NCBI GenBank assembly: GCA_963830915.1
Contig: CAWHOE010000006.1
Coordinates: forward strand, 160,001 to 224,000
Direction: 5' to 3'
DNA length: 64,000 nt
Origin: a candidate division FCPU426 bacterium
Lineage (GTDB): Bacteria > Oederibacteriota > Muellerivitia > Muellerivitales > Muellerivitaceae
Below, piece by piece: positions 47,275 to 56,333 of this stretch. The position numbers and the translations under genes are program-made. Numbering within the stretch: the first letter of the stretch is position 1; every line of letters starts with the position of its first letter. Below the pieces are notes generated by a model that did not search any database, was not told where the DNA came from, and saw nothing but the letters and a program-made list of their open reading frames with translations.

Positions 47275-48308
47275 ACTCCCCGTCGCGTGAAGGTGTCTTC
47301 CAGGGAATGGGCCAAATGTCCCACGATCCCAGCGACACGGTCATAGGCCATGCGAGTAGGTCCCAGGGCGCCGACGGCCCCGATGACCTTACCCTGGAGG
47401 GAATAAGTGACATGGACGAACGAGAATTCCCGAAGGGCGTTGTTGGTGAACTCCCTGCCTATCTCGACCTCCAAGCCGGAGCGCTCCCAACGGCGATTCA
47501 GGACATCGGCCAAGGGGCCTTTTTCCTCGACCAATCGAACCACTTGTTCCATTTTTTCCAGGCTTTTGAACTCGGGCTGTTCCATGAGGTTGGCGGCACC
47601 CTCCAGATGGATCCGATCGGTCTGGAAACACAGGGCGTTGTCGATAAGTTTCAGAACGGTTTCCAGGATGCTCAATCGTGTGTTCTTGACAGTCTCCGCC
47701 TCTTTCAGGATATCCTCCTGTATCTCGGCCAAACTTTTTCCGGAAAACCTGGAATTCAATAGTTGATTGATCCGTGTGATCTCCTTGAGTTGAACGGGAC
47801 TATCCAATCGGACCAGTTCTTCCTTGACCAGTCCGTGGCCCAGCACCAGGATGACCATGATCTTTCGGGGGTTGATAAGAACCAATTTGAAATGGTCCAG
47901 GGATATCTCATTGGGCAGATGGAAAAGGGCCAACCCGGCCAACTGGGTCATGGCGGATAGGATCTTGGCGGTATGGCGCATGAGGGTTTCCACCTCGTCC
48001 CTCGTCCGGTCATATTCCTTCTCGATGGATTGTTTTTCCCTCAGGCTCAGTTCCCGGGCCTGCATGAGCTTGTCCACGTAGAATCGATAGGCCCGGTCCA
48101 GCGGGATACGTCCCGCTGAGGTGTGGGGATGGGTCAGGAAACCTTTGCGTTCCAATTCCATCAGGACATTGCGGACCGTGGCCGAGGAAAGATCCATCTC
48201 TTCGGCGATCATTTGGGAGCCGATGGGCTTGGCCGAATCGACATAATGGCGGATGACGGAAGAAAGAATGCTTTCCTCGCGTTCCATCAAGGGTGAATGG
48301 GTCGACAA
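47271..48308 (-). CDS. hrcA: Heat-inducible transcription repressor HrcA
   Basis: SSATVRN, HPHTSAGRIP, YRFYVD, GPTRMAY. Confidence 0.96.
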   Translation of the reverse strand: MSTHSPLMEREESILSSVIRHYVDSAKPIGSQMIAEEMDLSSATVRNVLMELERKGFLTHPHTSAGRIPLDRAYRFYVDKLMQARELSLREKQSIEKEYDRTRDEVETLMRHTAKILSAMTQLAGLALFHLPNEISLDHFKLVLINPRKIMVILVLGHGLVKEELVRLDSPVQLKEITRINQLLNSRFSGKSLAEIQEDILKEAETVKNTRLSILETVLKLIDNALCFQTDRIHLEGAANLMEQPEFKSLEKMEQVVRLVEEKGPLADVLNRRWERSGLEVEIGREFTNNALREFSFVHVTYSLQGKVIGAVGALGPTRMAYDRVAGIVGHLAHSLEDTFTRRGV

Positions 48309-48421
48309 AAGATCATCTCCGAATGAATGGGGTAACTTTCATGCAACATAATAGGTAGGGTCAAGGGAAAGTCAACTTGCCAAAGGCTTGTTTTGGCCAG
48401 AAAACTGATGAAAAAGTCCTA

Positions 48422-49522
48422 TCAAACCATCAAAGCTTCCAATATGCCGTTCAAAACAAAATACCCCTTTGAGGTCACTTGGTATCTATCCCTGGTTTGC
48501 TGGAGAAAGCCTTTTTGAAGCAGATCATCGAACTTTCCTTGATAACGCGCTCCCGATAAAACAGCGTACTTTTCCACATCCGCCTTCAAAACCCCTTCTT
48601 TTGTGCGCAAACCAAGCATCAAATTCTCAAAGGCTTTGGTGGACTCTTCGAGTTTTTCAGTCTGAAGGCCCACCCCTGAAGTTCGGATATATTCGGCCAA
48701 GTCCTCCCCATGACTGGTTCGAACTCCACTGACCGTGCCTACTGCCGACACCCCAAAACCCCAATAATCCTCGCCCTTCCAAATATTATGATTGTGGCGA
48801 CATTCCCGGTCAGGTTTGGAAAAATTGGAGACTTCGTATTGGACATAACCAGCGTTCCCAAGTTTCTTTTGGGCCAGTTCGTATTGATCCGCCGTTTCGT
48901 CTTCAGTACCCACCACCATTCCTCGGATCACCTTTTTGGCAAGGGGTGTGCCTTCTTCCACTTGCAGGGCATAAAGGGAAAGATGCTCGGGCGCCAGGGC
49001 CAATGACCGTTCCAGTGATTCTTCGAACATTTCCAGTTTCTGACCAGGTAAACCGAACATCAGATCAAGATTGAGGTTATCAAACCCTGCTTCCCTTGCT
49101 TTCTGGAAAGCCGTTTCCACCTGAGGCCACTCATGACCCCGGCCCAGTTGATGGAGCACTTCCTTTTGGACCGCTTGGGCCCCAAAACTCACCCGATTTA
49201 CTCCAGCTTTTCGGTAACCTTTCAGCTTCTCCAAGTCCACCGTTTCAGGGTTGGCCTCCAGGCTTATCTCAATGGTTAGACCGAACCCGGTTTTGTCCTG
49301 GAGAGCACCCAGTATTTTCGTTAATTGGTCCGCGGATAGGGTTGAGGGTGTGCCTCCCCCAAAGTAGACAGTAGAAAGCGGGCCTTTAAGATCGGATCTC
49401 TCGATCTCACGGCACAAAGCGTTCACATAAGCCGGGATCTTGGGACCCTGCCCAGCGAAGGAAGTGAAATCACAATAATGGCAGATGGACGCGCAGAAGG
49501 GTATATGGATATAGGCGTTCAA
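48422..49522 (-). CDS. hemW: Radical SAM heme chaperone HemW
   Basis: YIHIPFCASICHYCDF, YFGGGTPS, YEVSNF; lepA-hemW-hrcA synteny. Confidence 0.92.
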   Translation of the reverse strand: MNAYIHIPFCASICHYCDFTSFAGQGPKIPAYVNALCREIERSDLKGPLSTVYFGGGTPSTLSADQLTKILGALQDKTGFGLTIEISLEANPETVDLEKLKGYRKAGVNRVSFGAQAVQKEVLHQLGRGHEWPQVETAFQKAREAGFDNLNLDLMFGLPGQKLEMFEESLERSLALAPEHLSLYALQVEEGTPLAKKVIRGMVVGTEDETADQYELAQKKLGNAGYVQYEVSNFSKPDRECRHNHNIWKGEDYWGFGVSAVGTVSGVRTSHGEDLAEYIRTSGVGLQTEKLEESTKAFENLMLGLRTKEGVLKADVEKYAVLSGARYQGKFDDLLQKGFLQQTRDRYQVTSKGYFVLNGILEALMV

Positions 49523-49535
49523 CGAATGCCTCGTT

Positions 49536-50240
49536 TTATTTCACGGTCTTGAAGATGCGATCGAAGGACGGGCGGAAATCGTTACTGTGCCAATAGATCA
49601 CCCAGGCCTTCCCTTTGATGAGCTTCTCGTCCAGTTGGCCCCAGTAGCGAGAGTCGGCACTGTTGTCCCGGTTATCCCCCATCATGAAATAATTGCCCGG
49701 AGCGACCGTCACAGGGCCGAAATTATCGCGGACCCCATTGAAATAATCACCGGTGGGAATAATGGTGGGATCGATGTGTTTCACGTAAGGTTCGTCCTGT
49801 TTCACCCCGTTCACGAATAGCACCTTGTTCTTGTACTCGATAACATCCCCCGGCAATCCGATGCAACGCTTGATGAAGTCCTTGCTGTGGTCCTTCGGAT
49901 ATACAAAAACAATGATGTCCCGTCTTTGGGGTTTATTGAACTGCAGGAAACGAGGGGTGCTGTTCCAGATGGAGTAACCATACTCATATTTTTTCACGAG
50001 GATATAGTCGCCTGGCAACAGGGTGTCTTCCATGGAACCCGATGGGATGGTGAAAGGCTGAAGAAGGATGGCCTTCAGGGCCAAGGCGACTACCATGGCG
50101 ACCCAGAGGGAATCGATGGTTTCCACCATTCCGGCGGCATTGGGGTTTTTACGGAAAGCGGGATAAACCCACAACAGGCCGATCTCCACGACCGTCAGGA
50201 TCGCCGCGGCAATGTAGAGGTAATAATTCAGGTTTTCCAT
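49536..50240 (-). CDS. lepB: Signal peptidase I
   Basis: IPSGSMEDTL, FIKRCIG, GDNRDNSADSR. Confidence 0.95.
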   Translation of the reverse strand: MENLNYYLYIAAAILTVVEIGLLWVYPAFRKNPNAAGMVETIDSLWVAMVVALALKAILLQPFTIPSGSMEDTLLPGDYILVKKYEYGYSIWNSTPRFLQFNKPQRRDIIVFVYPKDHSKDFIKRCIGLPGDVIEYKNKVLFVNGVKQDEPYVKHIDPTIIPTGDYFNGVRDNFGPVTVAPGNYFMMGDNRDNSADSRYWGQLDEKLIKGKAWVIYWHSNDFRPSFDRIFKTVK

Positions 50241-50312
50241 AGAGCGCTCCTCGAACATGATCCAGCCCCCAACCCTAAAAGCAGGCTTATTTAAACAGAA
50301 TTTTGAGTCCGT

Positions 50313-52112
50313 TCAATCCTCGACCCTTAGGACAGCCATAAAGGCGTCCTGGGGTATCTCTACCTGACCGATGGACTTCATGCGCTTCTTGCCTTCCTTT
50401 TGTTTTTCCAGAAGTTTTCGTTTTCGAGTGATATCCCCGCCGTAGCATTTGGCCAGCACATCCTTGCGTCTGGCCCGGACCGTTTCCCGGGCGATGATCT
50501 TCCCGCCGATGGCGGCCTGAATGGGAACCTCGAACAATTGCTGGGGAATGATCTCTTTCAATTTTTCCGCGATTCCTCTCCCTCGGATATCCGCTTTATC
50601 CCGGTGGACCATAAAGGAAAGGGCGTCCACCACATCACCATTCAGGAGGATGTCCACCTTCACAACGTCTCCGGACCGGAAACCGATGGGTTCATAATCC
50701 AAAGAAGCGTAACCTTTGGTACAGCTCTTTAGCTTGTCGAAAAAATCCATGACCACTTCGGCTAAAGGCAATTCATAGGTGATGACCGCGCGGGCCGTAT
50801 CCAGGAAGTGGGTGTCTTTATGGGCACCTCTTTTTTCCTGGCAAAGGGTCATGACCGCCCCGATGTAATCCGCCGGAACGATGACCTTGGCGTCGATATA
50901 GGGTTCGAATATCTCCTCGATATAGGACGGGTCGGGTAGTTTGGTAGGGTTGTCCACGAAAACATCCTCGCCGTTGGTCTTGCGGACCTTATAAACAACG
51001 CTTGGCGCGGTAGCGATGAGGTTGAGGTTATATTCTCTTTCCAGCCGTTCCTGGACGATCTCCATGTGCAACAGCCCCAGAAACCCACATCGGAAACCGA
51101 AAGATAGGGCAACCGAGGTTTCCGGTTCATAGGATAAGGCCGCGTCCGAAAGTTTGAGCTTGGACAGTGCTTCTTTCAATTTATCGTAATCTTCTGAGAT
51201 GACCGGGTAGAGACCGCAGAAAACCATGGGAAGAACGTCTTTAAAACCTGGCAGGGGTTCGGCCGTTGGGTTTTGTTCATTCGTTATGGTGTCGCCCACC
51301 TTGGCGTCTTTGGCTTCCTTGATGTTGGCGGCGATATAACCGACCTCTCCGGCCGAAAGTGTCTCGGCTTTTTCCATTTTTGGCTTAAAAACCCCGATCT
51401 CCTCGACCTCGAAGACCTTGGAGGTGGCCATGAACTTCATCTTGGTTCCCTTGGTGATAGTGCCGTTCAGAATGCGAACAAACACAATGACACCACGATA
51501 AATGTCGAACATCGAATCAAATATCAGGCCCTTCAAGGCATCTCCGGTCTCACCCGTGGGATGGGGCACCCGAGTCACCACAGCTTCCAATATCTCTTCA
51601 ATCCCGATTCCATCCTTGGCCGAGGCCAGGATGGCTTCCGATCCTTCCAATGCCAGGGATTCCTCCATCTGTACCTTGCACCGTTCCACATCGGCGGCAG
51701 GTAGGTCGATCTTATTGATAACTGGGATAATGGTAAGTTTCTGGTCCATGGCCAAAAAAGCGTTCGCCAGGGTCTGGGCTTCCACCCCCTGGGAAGCGTC
51801 GATGAGAAGCAATGCCCCCTCGCAAGCTTTGAGGCTCCGGGATACCTCGTAATTGAAGTCCACATGTCCGGGTGTATCGATCAGGTTCATCTCGTAGGTT
51901 TTGCCATCCTTGGCCTTATAAAAGAATCGGACCGCTTTGGCCTTGATAGTGATCCCCCGCTCCCTTTCCAAATCCATCTGGTCCATCAATTGGGCTCGCA
52001 TTTCCCGGGGTGGGATGGCTCCGGTGAATTCAAGGAGCCTGTCGGCCAGGGTACTCTTGCCATGATCGATATGGGCGATGATGCAGAAATTGCGGATATG
52101 TTCCAGCGGCAC
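50313..52112 (-). CDS. lepA: Elongation factor 4 (LepA)
   Basis: [41 protein letters not shown]. Confidence 0.99.
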   Translation of the reverse strand: MPLEHIRNFCIIAHIDHGKSTLADRLLEFTGAIPPREMRAQLMDQMDLERERGITIKAKAVRFFYKAKDGKTYEMNLIDTPGHVDFNYEVSRSLKACEGALLLIDASQGVEAQTLANAFLAMDQKLTIIPVINKIDLPAADVERCKVQMEESLALEGSEAILASAKDGIGIEEILEAVVTRVPHPTGETGDALKGLIFDSMFDIYRGVIVFVRILNGTITKGTKMKFMATSKVFEVEEIGVFKPKMEKAETLSAGEVGYIAANIKEAKDAKVGDTITNEQNPTAEPLPGFKDVLPMVFCGLYPVISEDYDKLKEALSKLKLSDAALSYEPETSVALSFGFRCGFLGLLHMEIVQERLEREYNLNLIATAPSVVYKVRKTNGEDVFVDNPTKLPDPSYIEEIFEPYIDAKVIVPADYIGAVMTLCQEKRGAHKDTHFLDTARAVITYELPLAEVVMDFFDKLKSCTKGYASLDYEPIGFRSGDVVKVDILLNGDVVDALSFMVHRDKADIRGRGIAEKLKEIIPQQLFEVPIQAAIGGKIIARETVRARRKDVLAKCYGGDITRKRKLLEKQKEGKKRMKSIGQVEIPQDAFMAVLRVED

Positions 52113-52231
52113 TTAGTTTCCTCGTCATTCCAAATTTAGAAGGGGCATAGTATAGGGCAGGGTTTCTTGAAAAAGAAGAATGGAAATAGTCCCAGTGCGT
52201 GGCGCCCTTCACAAAACCGAGGCCTGGAAAC

Positions 52232-52265
52232 AAAAAAGGCGGCCCCTTTGAAAGGAGCCGCCTTT
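52232..52265 (-). terminator. Intrinsic terminator ending the SLH-barrel/lipoprotein operon
   Basis: Minus strand AAAGGCGGCTCC-TTTCAAA-GGGGCCGCCTTTTTT. Confidence 0.85.
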
Positions 52266-52278
52266 AAAACAATGATTC

Positions 52279-53106
52279 TTAGGGAAGGAACTGGATATTA
52301 TCCAACCAAAAATCGGCAGTATAAGTACCAGCAACGTTATTTCCGGTCCACTTCCATTCAAGAAGGATCAGTTTATTCAAATGAGCTGCCATTCCAGCGG
52401 GAGAAGCAGGGTTCCCCCAACCTTCCTGATAGAGTTGAGCCCAAGTATAGCTATAAGTCACCCAACCAGCGCCAACATTCGGCCCAAAGACCCCGGTATA
52501 AATACCCAAATGATCGTTCCAGAAAAGATCATTACAATTACTCGGGCAGTTACTGCCTGGGAAACCGGTGATGGTTTGATCGGTCGCGACGCCAAATAAT
52601 CTTTGATGATATGTTGTGTCATCGGCAAGAATATTCATCTGGAACTGTATGCCGGAAAAGTTACATCCCGTCGCGCTAGCGTCCAGATATGGATGCGAAG
52701 GATTACTGCTAAAAACCGCTTGTAATTGAAGGGCCGGATAAGCGCCGCCACCTGGGTCGGTGATGGTTCCATAAAAATGGAGGCCGTTAAAACCCGTGCC
52801 TGGGGTTTGAATAGCGGCCGGAATGGGATTGATCAATGGGCTGGCCACTGAATTAGAACCGCCATAGCTTGCGTTAAGCCAATAACCATTGTCAGCGCCG
52901 CAAAGATTGTTGTTCATTGTCATACTGCCATTCTCGAAATTGCTGACAATGTCTGGCGCCATCGTTGGAATGGCGGTAGGAACGAACATCCCAACAGGAG
53001 GAATCGATGTATTGCATCCCATTGACAACCACACCGCTGTCATGGCCATCACAGCCATTAAAAAAGAATACCGGAACCATTTTTTTTGTTTCATCTTCCA
53101 CCCCAC
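52279..53106 (-). CDS. Lipoprotein with CBM11/CIA30-like galactose-binding-fold domain (paralog C)
   Basis: Lipobox LSMG-C; IVSNFENG, DPGGGAYP, FSGIQF, CxxxC, QEGWG, DFWLDNIQF. Confidence 0.75.
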   Translation of the reverse strand: MGWKMKQKKWFRYSFLMAVMAMTAVWLSMGCNTSIPPVGMFVPTAIPTMAPDIVSNFENGSMTMNNNLCGADNGYWLNASYGGSNSVASPLINPIPAAIQTPGTGFNGLHFYGTITDPGGGAYPALQLQAVFSSNPSHPYLDASATGCNFSGIQFQMNILADDTTYHQRLFGVATDQTITGFPGSNCPSNCNDLFWNDHLGIYTGVFGPNVGAGWVTYSYTWAQLYQEGWGNPASPAGMAAHLNKLILLEWKWTGNNVAGTYTADFWLDNIQFLP

Positions 53107-53143
53107 TTATTCCCCCTGGTTCGCACAGGGCCCATCTAAGTTC

Positions 53144-53926
53144 TCAATAAAATTCCACATCATCTATGGAAAAATCAACAATGACATTACCTTGAACGTT
53201 GTTATTGTTCTCCGCCCACATCAGCCAAAGGACCTGGGTCAGATTATTACCCGCGAGATTTTGTGGTCCAGGGACAAAAGGCCAACCAAAGCCCTGACGT
53301 TGAAAATCCGTAAAGGCATGGGATACCAATGCCCATTTACCGTTGGTACTGCTGTAAGGCACGAAAAAGTGGTCATAGCATTTCCCAGAACTATTGTCGC
53401 AACCCCCGCCCCCTTGGACAGCTTGGGTCTGGTAAGTCGGGATCTCAAATATCCTTTTCCCTGCGGTGTCATCGCCGGCCACATTCAAATAAAACTTCAC
53501 GCCGGTAAAAAAACTCATATTGTACTCATTCCCGCTTTCCAGCCGGGCTTCAACATCGACTTCCGGATAGGACCCATTCCCAGGATCATCCAAATTAGCG
53601 AAAGTCCTAAAAGCGAAACCAGTTCCATCTGATCCGGGTGAAACAAGGGTACCTAAAGCGAAAGGTATCGACGCGGGAAAATTATTGACTAAAGTCACCC
53701 CACCCGGATGGATCACCTGATTGCCTGGCGCACCGACTTCAAAAAGATTAGGGTTGATAGAGACGCTTCCGCCAGGAGGCGCGTCGAAATTAGCGACTAA
53801 ATTATAGTTGGGAGTGGTGTTTGGAGCTGAATAGGCGTTGGTCGGCGGAACCTTAGTGTTACAAGCACAAACACCCAACGCAATAACCAATACTCCCGAG
53901 AGTAAAAGTTTAGAACTTAATTTCAT
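53144..53926 (-). CDS. Lipoprotein with CBM11/CIA30-like domain (paralog B)
   Basis: Lipobox GVCA-C; LVANFD, DPGNGSYP, FTGVKFY, C...KCYDHF, RQGFG, DFSIDDVEFY. Confidence 0.75.
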   Translation of the reverse strand: MKLSSKLLLSGVLVIALGVCACNTKVPPTNAYSAPNTTPNYNLVANFDAPPGGSVSINPNLFEVGAPGNQVIHPGGVTLVNNFPASIPFALGTLVSPGSDGTGFAFRTFANLDDPGNGSYPEVDVEARLESGNEYNMSFFTGVKFYLNVAGDDTAGKRIFEIPTYQTQAVQGGGGCDNSSGKCYDHFFVPYSSTNGKWALVSHAFTDFQRQGFGWPFVPGPQNLAGNNLTQVLWLMWAENNNNVQGNVIVDFSIDDVEFY

Positions 53927-56333
53927 ACGTCAACTCCATGAACTGATTGTTCAAAGAAATCGCCGGAGCGGTTCCAAACTGATTCGATCCCCAAGACATG
54001 TCGTAATCCATGAACAAGCTGGAATTCCGATTGATCGTGATCACGCTGGATAGCCTCCAACTATTGGTGTTGTTATTCACAGTAAAAACGCTGTAACTCC
54101 CCAAATCAGTATTGTCGAATAAGTAAGGATACCTGGCAAAAAAGGTACCATTGTAACCCATGTCACTTCCACTGGCCGTCAAGTTGCTGAAAGCTGCTGA
54201 GATATCCCACCCAGGGAGTGCTCCAACCCTAAGTCCTCCCAGGATCCAAGTGCTAGTCAGTGTCCCGACAGAACTATTGGTCTGTTCCAAACGGATATTG
54301 GTTCCCACCTCAAAATCCCGATCAAAACCCATTGACGGCCCAAAATTAAAAGAAGGACCCAGGTTTATATAAACAAAGTTCCTGACTGGAACCGCTTGGG
54401 TGACCGCAACCCCGCCAATAATCGTAACCGGATTATCGACCCCGGTAAAACCAGTTCCAGCTGTGTCAACAACAAGATTACCACTCATTTCTTCGACATA
54501 GTAGGCCGAGCCTTTTATTTTCAAAGCTTGTTTTTCAAGGGTTTTAACGTCTATCTCAAAACCGCCCCCTTGCCGATTGGGGGTCCCTAAACCATAGGGG
54601 AATGTGTTATCCATGGTCCTGTCATAAAAACTGTAGATCGCTCCAGCGCGCGGAACATCCGACAGGAATTGTTGCGGACGTAATACAGCTGAATAGAAAT
54701 CCGGTGTCATTCCAGAAGTCAGGTTGGTCGTATCGGATAACTCCGTGACACCATCCTGACGAGTTTGAGCGAGCGGTGAATAATAAGAGGGTCCTACGTT
54801 GATGTAATTGAAGGATATCTTTGAATATCCGAATTGGAAATAGGGACCGCCTAACATGGCGTAATCACTCAAAGTCTTGTTAGCGTCGGTCTTATCATCC
54901 TGATAACTGGACAGGGCCATTTCCATGTTGATCCCCAGATATGTGTCCCCGCCAAAACCCATTCTCAGGTCGGGCTTCCAGCTTCCGATCTGGTACTGGT
55001 GTGCCCAGGTCGAAGGATCGAAATGATTGTAAGGTGAATTAGGTTGGGTAGAATCCAGTGGTTCATCTAATATCACACCATAAGCATCGACCGATAATTG
55101 CACTGAGGTATTGCCCGCGTACCATTTTTTCGATTTCAAGCTGGCGGTTCCCGCGAAGATCCAATCGGTATAGAGATTAGGACCGAAGTAAAGGCTGTTC
55201 TTGTTGTAGTCGTTGAAACCGTTGCGGATCATGTCGGTAAAGACAGAAACTTTAAAATCTTCCAACACCCTTGAATCCGGCCACATTAATTCCGTCCCCA
55301 TCCTCAAACCACGAAAAGGCCAGTTGGGTTCTTGGTTCAAAAAGCTCTCGTATTTTGCGGTATCATCCATTCTAGCCCACATCTCAGGCATATAACGCAG
55401 GTCCAGGTTATCCCTGTTCCAAAGAGTCAAGGGGGTATAAGCTTCGTAAAAATCTCCAACAGTCGCCACCATGAAAGATGGTTTTAATTCAGCGGTTATG
55501 GTCCGGAAATAGATCTGATCATTGGCTAAAGTTGGGTCGAACTGACTGTTGAACCGGATGATACCGTTCCAACTTATTTCCTTGGAAACCACCGCTTCTG
55601 GCTGAAGATCTAAATAACCAGATATTTTCCTGGATCCAGGGGTGGAATAAATATCGCTTCCCGGATCACCGAAATATTGCTGAGAGATCCCGAATGCCCT
55701 TCCCAGCCCATGGACAGAAAGAGAAGGATTTTCATGGGCCTCTAAACTTCTCCAAAGTTTATATTGGTCCGCGTCCACAGCGGCTAGATGATTTTGGACT
55801 CCGCTGAGTTTGTCCTTCACCTCTTTAAGTTCATACTGATAAGCCTCGTCCAAACTATGAAGGGTCTCGGCGGCCTTCGCCAGCTCGGCTGAATCATCTG
55901 GGGTCGGTTGCGGGACAGGCGGAACGGTACTGGCCGATGGTAAAGCCGGCGGCGCAGCAGATCCATTATCAGCCGAAGGAACGGTCACAACAGGTGGCGC
56001 TGGAGCCGGAGCCGCCGTTGAGGATGATGGTGAAGTCGCGGAACTATCATCAGGTGGTGGAGGGACATCCATGTCCGCTTGAGCGACAACAATGTCTTTA
56101 TATCTCTTCTCGGCCGTCAAGATCAGATCAGCCACTTCATAACGTGTCAATGGCGCTTCCGAACTTCCTCTTCCGAGCAATCCAGCTTTTTCCAACTGTT
56201 GTAATTGAGCGTATGTAGGGTCGCTCGAAGGCACCACGGAAAACAAGTTGTCTGAAACAGCGGACCAGGAAACTCCAGCTAGGCCCAGTAACAAAAGCGC
56301 AAGAGCAAGTGAAAGACTAGAAGGACGCTTCAT
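53910..56333 (-). CDS. SLH-like / Pro linker / coiled-coil / large outer-membrane beta-barrel protein (paralog 3)
   Basis: Signal peptide; VPSSDPTYAQLQQLEKAGLL...LTRYEVA; heptad coil; amphipathic strands; C-terminal YEIKF. Confidence 0.75.
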   Translation of the reverse strand: MKRPSSLSLALALLLLGLAGVSWSAVSDNLFSVVPSSDPTYAQLQQLEKAGLLGRGSSEAPLTRYEVADLILTAEKRYKDIVVAQADMDVPPPPDDSSATSPSSSTAAPAPAPPVVTVPSADNGSAAPPALPSASTVPPVPQPTPDDSAELAKAAETLHSLDEAYQYELKEVKDKLSGVQNHLAAVDADQYKLWRSLEAHENPSLSVHGLGRAFGISQQYFGDPGSDIYSTPGSRKISGYLDLQPEAVVSKEISWNGIIRFNSQFDPTLANDQIYFRTITAELKPSFMVATVGDFYEAYTPLTLWNRDNLDLRYMPEMWARMDDTAKYESFLNQEPNWPFRGLRMGTELMWPDSRVLEDFKVSVFTDMIRNGFNDYNKNSLYFGPNLYTDWIFAGTASLKSKKWYAGNTSVQLSVDAYGVILDEPLDSTQPNSPYNHFDPSTWAHQYQIGSWKPDLRMGFGGDTYLGINMEMALSSYQDDKTDANKTLSDYAMLGGPYFQFGYSKISFNYINVGPSYYSPLAQTRQDGVTELSDTTNLTSGMTPDFYSAVLRPQQFLSDVPRAGAIYSFYDRTMDNTFPYGLGTPNRQGGGFEIDVKTLEKQALKIKGSAYYVEEMSGNLVVDTAGTGFTGVDNPVTIIGGVAVTQAVPVRNFVYINLGPSFNFGPSMGFDRDFEVGTNIRLEQTNSSVGTLTSTWILGGLRVGALPGWDISAAFSNLTASGSDMGYNGTFFARYPYLFDNTDLGSYSVFTVNNNTNSWRLSSVITINRNSSLFMDYDMSWGSNQFGTAPAISLNNQFMELTYEIKF

